A DNA stretch of 64,000 nt, taken from contig JAZSBH010000132.1 of the NCBI GenBank assembly GCA_045602325.1, forward strand, positions 20,909-84,908, in the 5' to 3' direction. The DNA is from Eubacteriales bacterium (GTDB taxonomy: Bacteria > Bacillota > Clostridia > Oscillospirales > CAG-272). The notes beneath the pieces were generated by a model that searched no databases, had not been told where the DNA came from, and saw only the letters and a list, made by a program, of their open reading frames with translations. Both the position numbers and the translations under genes were made by a program. This document shows positions 1-8,290 of the stretch, piece by piece (position 1 is the stretch's first letter; each line of letters opens with the position of its first letter).

Positions 1-3
1 GCG

Positions 4-1320
4 TTGGAAAAGGTCATCACCGGGAAGGGCGCGATTTTGGAATTGCCCCGGGAGATCCGACGGTTCGGAAGTCGACGGGTCTTTATGCTGGCCGATGCGA
101 ACACCTATGCTGCCGCCGGATGCCGTGCGGAAGAACTTCTGATTCGTGAGGGGATCCCTTATTCTAAATTTATTTTTGAGGAATCTCCGGAGCCGGACGA
201 GGCCGCCGTTGGTGCTGTGGTCATGCATTTTGATCCCGCCTGCGATCTGATTTTGGCGGTCGGTTCGGGGGTGATTGGGGACGTATCAAAGATCCTGGCT
301 CATATCACGGGGGCAGAATACGTCATAGTTGCCACCGCCCCTTCCATGGATGGCTACGCATCGGCGACCTCGTCCATGACGCGGAATGGGTTGAAGGTGT
401 CCCTGCCATCCAAATGTGCGAGGGTCATCATCGGAGACACGGACGTGCTGAAGGATGCTCCCATGGAGATGCTGGTGTCGGGATTGGGGGATATGCTGGC
501 CAAGTATATCAGCATTGCCGAGTGGCGGCTCTCTCATCTGATTACGGGTGAATACTATTGCGAGACCATTGCGGAGCTCATTCGTTCATCTCTTAAAAAG
601 TGCGTTGACAACGCAGACGGCTTGATCCACCGTGACGAGACGGCGGTAGAGGCGGTCTTCAGCGGTCTGGTGACTGCAGGCGCGGCCATGAGTTATGCCG
701 GCGTGTCCCGTCCCGCCTCGGGCATTGAGCACTATTTTTCTCACGTATGGGATATGCGCGGGATCGAGTTCGGGGCGGGAACCTCCACCCACGGCATCCA
801 ATGCGCGGTTGCAACCCTTATCACGACGAGGCTGTACGAGCGAATGCTCGACGTCGTACCCGACAAAGAGAAAGGACGGGCATACGCCAGCCGTTTCGAC
901 GTGGAAGACTGGTCCGCGCAGCTTACACAATTTTTGGGCAAAGGCGCGCAGGATATGATCGTTCTGGAAAAAAAGGAGAAAAAATATTCCGTTGCCAAGC
1001 AGGAGGCGCGGCTCTGTACCATCCTGGAAACATGGGACGAGTTGATGGATGTGATCCGAACCGAAATTCCGACCTCTGCAGCCATTGAAGCATTGCTGGA
1101 GAAAATCGGATGCCCCACGACGCCCGAAGCCTGGGGGCTTTCCAAAGACGTGATTCCCATGACCTTCAAGGCGACCAAGGACATTCGGGATAAGTATATT
1201 CTGTCCAGGTTGGCGTTTGATCTGGGGATTCTTGACGAGCTTGCGGTAGGTTCCAGAGAAAAGAACTGTCATAAACGAAAATGTATCCGTGATGGGGGAC
1301 TTGTTCATGCAACCAATTGA
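4..1320 (+). CDS. sn-glycerol-1-phosphate dehydrogenase-like protein (Fe-dependent alcohol dehydrogenase superfamily, AraM/EgsA type); 5' end possibly incomplete
   Basis: 438-aa ORF with a GSGVIGD nucleotide loop and an ATAPSMDGYAS motif typical of bacterial AraM/EgsA-type enzymes. The frame stays open to base 1, so the TTG at 4 is only a candidate start. Confidence 0.6.
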   Translation: MEKVITGKGAILELPREIRRFGSRRVFMLADANTYAAAGCRAEELLIREGIPYSKFIFEESPEPDEAAVGAVVMHFDPACDLILAVGSGVIGDVSKILAHITGAEYVIVATAPSMDGYASATSSMTRNGLKVSLPSKCARVIIGDTDVLKDAPMEMLVSGLGDMLAKYISIAEWRLSHLITGEYYCETIAELIRSSLKKCVDNADGLIHRDETAVEAVFSGLVTAGAAMSYAGVSRPASGIEHYFSHVWDMRGIEFGAGTSTHGIQCAVATLITTRLYERMLDVVPDKEKGRAYASRFDVEDWSAQLTQFLGKGAQDMIVLEKKEKKYSVAKQEARLCTILETWDELMDVIRTEIPTSAAIEALLEKIGCPTTPEAWGLSKDVIPMTFKATKDIRDKYILSRLAFDLGILDELAVGSREKNCHKRKCIRDGGLVHATN

Positions 1321-1825
1321 AATCATCGGACAGATCGTCAGCATTGTTGCTGTCATTGTAACATTTATTACGTATCAAATGAAATCCAGTCGAGCGATTT
1401 TTGTGACGCTATCAATCGCAACCGGGATAGCCTGCGTCGCTTACGCTCTCCTTGGAGGGACGACTGCGTTGGGGCTTAACATCATGAGCATCGTCCGCAA
1501 TATTTGCTACTGTTTCCAAAAAAATAAGATTCTGTCCGGCAAGGCGGTTCCCGTAGTTTTGGCGCTCATTATGACTGTCATGAGTATTTTTTTGTGGGAG
1601 GGCTACCACAGTATTTTCTTTGTAATCGGTATTACCCTTAACACCCTTGCCATGGGTTATTTCAATCCTCAGAACCTTCGTAAGAGTATTTTGCTTACTT
1701 CTACCTTGATTTTGATCTATAATTTATTTATCCCTTCCATTGGGGGAACCATCAATGAGGTCGTTGCTATTGCCTCGGCAATAGTTGGAATCGTGCGGTA
1801 TCGAAAAAAAGAAGTGACTGAATAA
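1307..1825 (+). CDS. YgjV-family inner membrane protein
   Basis: Several hydrophobic helices. The C-terminal IPSIGGTINE...IVRY resembles the E. coli YgjV segment GSIGGTMIEG...IIRF. ATG 1307 follows a purine-rich GGGGGA stretch, whereas the ORF-track start 1289 has no RBS. Confidence 0.6.
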   Translation: MQPIEIIGQIVSIVAVIVTFITYQMKSSRAIFVTLSIATGIACVAYALLGGTTALGLNIMSIVRNICYCFQKNKILSGKAVPVVLALIMTVMSIFLWEGYHSIFFVIGITLNTLAMGYFNPQNLRKSILLTSTLILIYNLFIPSIGGTINEVVAIASAIVGIVRYRKKEVTE

Positions 1826-1878
1826 GAAGCTGGAAGCGACATTCGCTCGTACCAAGAAAGCGGAAAAAGGAATACGTA

Positions 1879-3027
1879 ATGAAAACCAAAAAACTAACGT
1901 TCATAGAATCATGGATGCTCGTAGCCGGCGCGGGTATCGGAACGGGTATCTTGACCATCCCGTATGCCGTACATACAATAGGCGTATTCGGAACACTTAC
2001 GGCGCTTGCACTTGCTTATGCTGTAAGCGTGGCAATGTATTTGATCATTGCAGATCTGACACGAAATTCCAAAAAATCCGATGACTTGATCGGCATTCTC
2101 GACGAGCACTTGTTTAACGGAAAAGGGAAAAAACGGCTGAAGACGCTTTTTTTCATTCTGCTCGTGCTGCTTTTGCTCGAAAACCTCGTGGTATATATTC
2201 TGTGTGCAGGGAATGTACTGGTGGATCTGTTGGGGCTCAACGGCATTCTTTCGAAAATACTGTTTTACCTGCTTGCGTCGGTGGTTATCGTATTTGGAAT
2301 AAAAGGTATGGGCGTGGGAGAGAAGATCTCGGTCGCGCTGATCGGCGGCGCGGTGCTGATCTTGACCGTTCTTTCCGGCTTCCATGCAAAAGGCTCGCTC
2401 GATTTTTCCTTCGGTGAGCCCGGTACGGTCTTTGCCGTGTACGGACTCTTCATGTTTGCCTTTTCCGCTATCTTTTCCATTATTCAGGTCTGCAATCATA
2501 TCGAAAAGCCCGAGCTTGCGGGCAGAGCCGTTGTCGGCGGACTTTCGCTCAATGCGATGATTACGATTGTTTTTGCGGTCGCCACGATTCTTGGTTCTGA
2601 AAACGTCACCGAAATTGCCACCATTGGTCTTTCTGACAGCATCGGTATTCCGGTTGTAAAGATGCTTTGTTCCATACTTGTTCTGTTTGCCATGTTCTCA
2701 TCCTTCTGGTCCAGCGGCTTTGCCTTTGCTGATGTTGTCAGTGAGCAATTCAGGATCCCGAAAAAGTGGGCATGGTTTCTTGCCACGATTCCCGCCGTGT
2801 TGATCGCTATGGTCCTGCCCCTGTCGGTATTGGATTACGTTCAGATCGGCGCGGGAGCCTTGTCGATCATTCTCGTCATCGTGGTGCTTCCTGCGTATTA
2901 TAATGCGGTGCGGCGAGCAGACAAGCCGCTTCTGCTCGGCAGAATCGCCAAAAGCAAGGTCCTGCTTTCCGCCGTCGCCGTTGCCATTATTCTGATGGCC
3001 ATATCCTCGCTCATCCCAATAAACTGA
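1879..3027 (+). CDS. polytopic amino-acid permease (HAAAP / Trp-Tyr-Ser permease-like)
   Basis: 382 aa with about 11 hydrophobic segments. The N-terminal WMLVAGAGIGTGILTIPYA motif is typical of this permease class. The stop lies only 16 nt before the next gene. Confidence 0.55.
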   Translation: MKTKKLTFIESWMLVAGAGIGTGILTIPYAVHTIGVFGTLTALALAYAVSVAMYLIIADLTRNSKKSDDLIGILDEHLFNGKGKKRLKTLFFILLVLLLLENLVVYILCAGNVLVDLLGLNGILSKILFYLLASVVIVFGIKGMGVGEKISVALIGGAVLILTVLSGFHAKGSLDFSFGEPGTVFAVYGLFMFAFSAIFSIIQVCNHIEKPELAGRAVVGGLSLNAMITIVFAVATILGSENVTEIATIGLSDSIGIPVVKMLCSILVLFAMFSSFWSSGFAFADVVSEQFRIPKKWAWFLATIPAVLIAMVLPLSVLDYVQIGAGALSIILVIVVLPAYYNAVRRADKPLLLGRIAKSKVLLSAVAVAIILMAISSLIPIN

Positions 3028-3043
3028 TCGGAGACAGATTTTT

Positions 3044-4417
3044 ATGAAAATCGCATTGCTTGCACCCGCAGGTGCCATGCACCGATACAACGGTATGTTT
3101 CATAAGGGTTTGCATTATGCGCCCATTACGTTGGCCCTGCTTGCAGCGCTTGTTCCGAAGGGGCTGAATGCCGACGTAGTCATCTACGATGAAACGGCCG
3201 AAGCGATCCCGCTGGATACCGACGCGGACGTAATCGCCATTACGTGTATCACGGGCACGTCATCCAGATGCTATAAATTTGCCGACTATTTTCGTAGCCT
3301 TGGGAAGACCGTTCTTCTCGGCGGCGTTCATCCCTCGCTTATGCCCGAAGAAGCGGCGGCTCACGCAGATGCGATCCTGCTCGGGCTCGGTGAAAAAACC
3401 TTCCCGCAGGCGCTTCTCGATATCCGTGACGGATGCTTGAAGGCAGTATATCGGGGGGAAGGCTGTGCGAATATCGCAGACCGACCTCTGCCCCGCAAGG
3501 ATCTTTTGAAAAAGAAAAAATATATTACCCTCAACACGGTTGAGGCAGTGCGAGGCTGTAATCATTCCTGCACCTTCTGCGCGTATCCTGCGGCCTTCGG
3601 CAAAGGAGTCATCACTCGTCCCGTGGAGGATGTGATCGCCGAGATCAAATCGTTCAAGGGCAAGGAGGTTATCTTTCCGGACGTCAATCTCATCGCCGAC
3701 GTGAAATATGCAAAAGAGCTTTTTACGGCTTTGATCCCGCTGAAAAAATGGTGGTTCGGACTCACTACAACTGCTATCGGTCACAACGACGAGCTGCTGG
3801 ATATCTTCAAAAAGAGTGGCTGCAAGGGACTCCTCGTCGGATTTGAATCGGTTAACCAAGAAACACAACAAGGCATCCATAAGGGAGTCAACCGCGTGGG
3901 TGAATATAAGGAGCTGATGGATAAGCTGCACCGCAAGGGCATCATGGTCATGGGGTGCTTTTCCTTCGGCGCGGATGAGGACGGGAAGGACGTCTTTAAA
4001 CGCACCGTTGATCTGTGTATCGAAGCCAAGATCGACCTGCCGAGATTTTCCATCATTACCCCCTTTCCCAATACGGAATTTTACCGCGAACTGGAAAGCG
4101 AAGGAAGGATTCTTGAACGAGACTGGGCGATGTACGACGTGGAGCATTGCGTCTATCAGCCAAAGCAGATGACCAAAGAAGAGCTTGAGGCAGGTATCGC
4201 GTGGGCGTGGAAGGAGACGTATTCTTGGAAAAATATCTTTAAGCGCCTTGATCTTACAAAGATCAAAACCATCAAGAGTATCTACATGCTTGTCAATATC
4301 GGATACAGAAAATACGCCAATGAATTTGAAATATTCGGTGCGGATATTATGTCGGACAATTCGGATATCCCGGAGGTGAAAACACTTGAAAATACTGTTC
4401 ATCACTCCGTACGATAA
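3044..4417 (+). CDS. B12-binding-domain radical SAM enzyme, paralog 1
   Basis: N-terminal Rossmann-like cobalamin-binding region (DVIAITCITGT...LLGGVHPSLMPEEA), a radical SAM cluster motif C-NHS-C-TF-C, and an amphipathic C-terminal tail as in DUF4070-type class B rSAM proteins. Confidence 0.85.
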   Translation: MKIALLAPAGAMHRYNGMFHKGLHYAPITLALLAALVPKGLNADVVIYDETAEAIPLDTDADVIAITCITGTSSRCYKFADYFRSLGKTVLLGGVHPSLMPEEAAAHADAILLGLGEKTFPQALLDIRDGCLKAVYRGEGCANIADRPLPRKDLLKKKKYITLNTVEAVRGCNHSCTFCAYPAAFGKGVITRPVEDVIAEIKSFKGKEVIFPDVNLIADVKYAKELFTALIPLKKWWFGLTTTAIGHNDELLDIFKKSGCKGLLVGFESVNQETQQGIHKGVNRVGEYKELMDKLHRKGIMVMGCFSFGADEDGKDVFKRTVDLCIEAKIDLPRFSIITPFPNTEFYRELESEGRILERDWAMYDVEHCVYQPKQMTKEELEAGIAWAWKETYSWKNIFKRLDLTKIKTIKSIYMLVNIGYRKYANEFEIFGADIMSDNSDIPEVKTLENTVHHSVR

Positions 4418-5705
4418 TAACTACCGTTATAAAAGTGCCTTCACGAGGTCGCTGAGCTATATGCCGCTGACTATGCCGTACCTCGCGGCACTCACGCCCG
4501 AAAAATACGGCGCGGAATGCAAGGCGATCGACGAGGGCGTGCAAAAATGCGACTATGAAAAGCTGGGGCATTACGATATCGTAGCCATTACGGCTGTGAC
4601 TTCTTCTGTAAAGCGGGGATACGAGCTCGCCGCATATTTTCAGAAAAAGGGAAGCTATATCGTCATGGGCGGTCACCACGTGACGCTTCTGCCCGACGAA
4701 GCGGCAGAGTACGCCAATACCGTTATGACGGGACCCGCCGACAGAATCTGGCGGGAGTTTATAGAGGATTTCGCAAACGGAACCCCCAAAAAACGTTATG
4801 ACGGCGAGCATTGCGATATTGGCTCTGCAAACGTTGTTCCCAAAAGAGAGCTGATGCAGAAAAATAAATACATCGGAGTGCCGACGGTTATTGCTAACTT
4901 CGGATGCACCAATCGATGCGAATTCTGTGTGATCAATTCCTTTTGGGGCGGGAAATATTCCGCGAGAAAAATTGAAGAGGTTATTCGCGAGATCCGGTCG
5001 CTGAAAAGCAAATACATTCTTTTTTTGGATCCCTCGCCGACGTCAAACCGTGCTTATGCAAAAGAGCTTTACCAAGCTCTCATTCCGCTGAAGATCAAAT
5101 GGGCGGGGCTCTGCACGACGGATATTTATGAGGATGACGAGCTTTTCGGCCTGATGATCAAAAGCGGCTGTATCGGTATCCTGATGGGCTTTGAAACCTT
5201 TTCCGAGGAGAGTCTCAAGGAGAGTCATAAGAAAAACACCGTGGAAACATACAAAGCGGTGGTAGAAAAATTTCATCGGTCGGGGGTTACCATCCTCGGC
5301 ACGTTCATGCTCGGCTTTGACGGCGATACCAAGGACAGCATCACGAAAATGCCCGACTACATCGAGGAGATCGGCGTGGATATCCCGCGATTTGCCATAC
5401 TTACGCCTTATCCCAATACGCCGACCTATAACAGATTTGCGTCTGACGGACGTATCACGTCGAGAAATTGGAATGACTACGACAGCATCCACGCAACTTT
5501 TTCTCCCAAAAACTTTACAGGGCAGGAGCTTGAGGAAATGCTGGTTCGGGTTTCAAACGAATGTTATACCTTCAAACGCATTTGGAAAAGGGCACTCCGA
5601 AACAGGTACGGCGGCGTACTGAAGCTTGGAGTGAATCTCGGATTCAGGATATACAACAAAAAAGTGGGAAAAACCTTGAAGAAGGAATGGAGCAAAGGAT
5701 CATGA
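4386..5705 (+). CDS. B12-binding-domain radical SAM enzyme, paralog 2
   Basis: Same architecture, with motif C-TNR-C-EF-C. The TTG start at 4386 is 9 nt after GGAGGTG and overlaps the upstream gene by 32 nt. Confidence 0.85.
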   Translation: MKILFITPYDNNYRYKSAFTRSLSYMPLTMPYLAALTPEKYGAECKAIDEGVQKCDYEKLGHYDIVAITAVTSSVKRGYELAAYFQKKGSYIVMGGHHVTLLPDEAAEYANTVMTGPADRIWREFIEDFANGTPKKRYDGEHCDIGSANVVPKRELMQKNKYIGVPTVIANFGCTNRCEFCVINSFWGGKYSARKIEEVIREIRSLKSKYILFLDPSPTSNRAYAKELYQALIPLKIKWAGLCTTDIYEDDELFGLMIKSGCIGILMGFETFSEESLKESHKKNTVETYKAVVEKFHRSGVTILGTFMLGFDGDTKDSITKMPDYIEEIGVDIPRFAILTPYPNTPTYNRFASDGRITSRNWNDYDSIHATFSPKNFTGQELEEMLVRVSNECYTFKRIWKRALRNRYGGVLKLGVNLGFRIYNKKVGKTLKKEWSKGS

Positions 5706-7042
5706 AAATCACGTTTATTTTGCCCGGTATGGGCAAGAAAAAGAACGAAAAATACTTGCGTACCTGGCTTATGGAGCCGCTGACCGTTGCAGTTCTCAAT
5801 TCCATGATTCCCGAAACGTACGAGCGGGAATTCTATGATGACAGAATCGAGAACATCAATTACGATACCGAGACCGATATCGTTTTGATCACAGTCGAAA
5901 CCTATACGGCCAAGAGAGCCTACTTTATCGCATCAGAATTCCAAAAGCGCGGCAAAAAGGTCATTATGGGCGGCTATCACGTCACACTTTGCCCCGAAGA
6001 AGCGGCAGAGCACGCAGACTCTATCATAGTCGGTAATGCGGACAAGATCATTTCAACCGTTCTCGCTGATATGGAAAACGGCACGCTTCAAAAGAGATAC
6101 GACGGAGTTACCTGTATCGCATATCGAATGCCCGACAGAAGCATCTATGCCGACAAGATGAAAAAGTATCTGCCCGTCTCTCTCGTGGAAACGGGGCGAG
6201 GCTGCTACCACAACTGCGAGTTTTGCTCCATCGCAGGCTATTATCATTCCCGCTATATACACCGAGACGTGGCAGATATCATCGCGGAGATCAAGGCTTG
6301 CAAGCACAAACTCTTTTTCTTCGTAGATGACAGCATTTTCTCGGACAAGGCGTTTGCAAAGGAGCTTTTTGAGGAGCTCAAAAAGCTCAAGATCGTGTGG
6401 ACGACGCAGATCACCCTGGATATCGCCCGTGACGATGAAATGCTGAAGCTGATGAAGGAGAGCGGTTGCGGCATGGTGCTCATCGGCTTTGAGTCTATCA
6501 ACTCCGATAATCTCAAGCAAATGAACAAGGGATGGACCGAGCGTTTGGGAGAGCAGGATGCGCTGATCCAAAAAATCCATGATGCGGGAATCAGCATTTA
6601 TGCCAGCTTCGTGTTCGGCTTTGACTCGGATACCGAGGAGACCTTCCAAAACACGCTGGCATTCAGCCAAAAGCATCAGTTCTTCGTGGTAGCCTTCAAC
6701 CATCTTTTGATCTTTCCCAGTACCAAGACCTATGAATCCTTTAAAGCAGATGACCGCTTGATCGCAGAGCAATGGTGGCTGCAGGAGGGATACACCTTTG
6801 GTACCGTCACCTTTACGCCTAAGCACATGACCCCCGAGGAGCTTCGCAGCTTTTGCAAATCCTACAAAAACGAGTTCTTCAAGTTTGGCTCCATTTTCAA
6901 GAGAGGCTTTACTCTGCTGAAACGCACGCGTGGTTTTTGGATCAATTTGGCGTATTGGGTCATCAACGTCGTCTTCCACTTTGAGGTCGACCGACGGGTG
7001 GGCATTCCCATTGGCGAAAATTTAGAGGAAAAGAAAAAATGA
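5702..7042 (+). CDS. B12-binding-domain radical SAM enzyme, paralog 3
   Basis: Same architecture, with motif C-YHN-C-EF-C. ATG 5702 overlaps the upstream stop (ATGA). The longer ORF-track start 5561 lies inside the previous gene. Confidence 0.85.
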   Translation: MKITFILPGMGKKKNEKYLRTWLMEPLTVAVLNSMIPETYEREFYDDRIENINYDTETDIVLITVETYTAKRAYFIASEFQKRGKKVIMGGYHVTLCPEEAAEHADSIIVGNADKIISTVLADMENGTLQKRYDGVTCIAYRMPDRSIYADKMKKYLPVSLVETGRGCYHNCEFCSIAGYYHSRYIHRDVADIIAEIKACKHKLFFFVDDSIFSDKAFAKELFEELKKLKIVWTTQITLDIARDDEMLKLMKESGCGMVLIGFESINSDNLKQMNKGWTERLGEQDALIQKIHDAGISIYASFVFGFDSDTEETFQNTLAFSQKHQFFVVAFNHLLIFPSTKTYESFKADDRLIAEQWWLQEGYTFGTVTFTPKHMTPEELRSFCKSYKNEFFKFGSIFKRGFTLLKRTRGFWINLAYWVINVVFHFEVDRRVGIPIGENLEEKKK

Positions 7043-8103
7043 ATCATTCCGAATATATCGCGACACCCGGCGACGGAGCAGATATGCTGCGTATTCTGGA
7101 AAGCTCGGCAGCTCAAGGGAGCATCGAGCTTCTGTATACCCGCCGTCCCGATGCCTACGACTCGTATATGAAAGAATCAGGCGAGGCACGTGTGTTCGTT
7201 TCCAAGGACGATGAACGTATCGTGGGCACCTGTGCGGAATTGATCCGAGACGTGTATATCCAAGGAGTCCCTTCCAAAGCTGCCTATGTGTGCGGATTGA
7301 AAAAAGATGCGAACTACGAGGGCACGGTGGGGTTTGGCATCAACTTGATCCGTTCTCTTCAAAGAGACGATATTGATTTTTACTATTGCTCGGTGGTGTC
7401 GGATAACACCGATGCGCAGAAAATGTTTGAAAAAAACCGGCGTATTATTTCGATGAAACCGATCGCCGAATATAAAACATATATTATAAACCCCAAGGTC
7501 AAAATAAACGTATCGAAGCATTCGCTCACTTTTCGACAAGTAACAGAAAATGATATCCCGAGGCTGATCGATTTTCTAAACATCGAGGGAAAGAATAAGG
7601 ATCTGTTTCCCGTGATACGTTCTCTGGATCAGTTTCATAACCTGAGCCATAAGGACTTTTATATGCTTGCAGATGGAGATAGCATAGTTGCAACTGCAGC
7701 GCTGTGGAATCAAGTGACGTACAAGCAGTACGTTGTGAAGAAATACAGGAAACTGATGAAATTTGCCGGTATTGCCAATCCGCTTCTTTCTACTTTGGGG
7801 TATATTCGACTACCGCGCGAAAACCAGCCTCTTGAGTTTCCTATGCTTTCATTCTGTATCAGCAAGAACGACAACGAGGAATATTACCGTATCTTATTGA
7901 ATGAGATCAAGCGAGAGATCGCAAAGTCATACGGAATGTTCGTCATAGGTCTGTCAAAAGAGCATTTCGCGGCACCCATACTCGATAAGTTGCCAAGTAT
8001 CTACTTTGAAACCAAACTGTATGAGATCGTATTTCCTTGGAGCGGCCAAAGCTATAAAACCCCGGATTCGCGCAAGATATATCCTGAGTGCGGATTATTA
8101 TAG
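7039..8103 (+). CDS. two-domain GNAT-family acyl/acetyltransferase-like protein
   Basis: The N-terminal half has GNAT-like features (ATPGDGADMLRIL..., VCGLKKDANYEGTVGFG CoA-loop region, NTDAQKMFEKN). The second half (LTFRQVTENDIPRLIDFL...) looks like a second GNAT-like repeat. The start overlaps the upstream stop by ATGA. Confidence 0.6.
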   Translation: MNHSEYIATPGDGADMLRILESSAAQGSIELLYTRRPDAYDSYMKESGEARVFVSKDDERIVGTCAELIRDVYIQGVPSKAAYVCGLKKDANYEGTVGFGINLIRSLQRDDIDFYYCSVVSDNTDAQKMFEKNRRIISMKPIAEYKTYIINPKVKINVSKHSLTFRQVTENDIPRLIDFLNIEGKNKDLFPVIRSLDQFHNLSHKDFYMLADGDSIVATAALWNQVTYKQYVVKKYRKLMKFAGIANPLLSTLGYIRLPRENQPLEFPMLSFCISKNDNEEYYRILLNEIKREIAKSYGMFVIGLSKEHFAAPILDKLPSIYFETKLYEIVFPWSGQSYKTPDSRKIYPECGLL

Positions 8104-8182
8104 TACAACCATCTCAAAAAAAGAGTCGGATCTTTTTTATAAGCTCTGTCTTTAAACACATACCGAAACAGATCCTCCAAAA

Positions 8183-8219
8183 CAGAAACGGTACTGCAAC
8201 GCAGTACCGTTTCTGTTTT
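8183..8219. terminator. bidirectional intrinsic terminator between convergent genes
   Basis: Perfect 15-bp stem (cagaaacggtactgc / gcagtaccgtttctg) with a 3-nt loop. It is flanked by an A-run upstream and TTTT downstream. Confidence 0.8.
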
Positions 8220-8290
8220 GGCGTATGAAAGATATTTCAATATTGTTTCTACCCGGCTGTGTCGGGGGCGAATTTTACCAAATTGCGAAA

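Noticed and set aside
586-7116. Assorted minus-strand ORFs opposite the G1PDH-like, permease and rSAM genes (586-1356, 1909-2499, 3260-4405, 6053-6979 and others)
   Set aside because: All are antisense to motif-bearing plus-strand genes that are translationally coupled. None has an RBS or a family resemblance.
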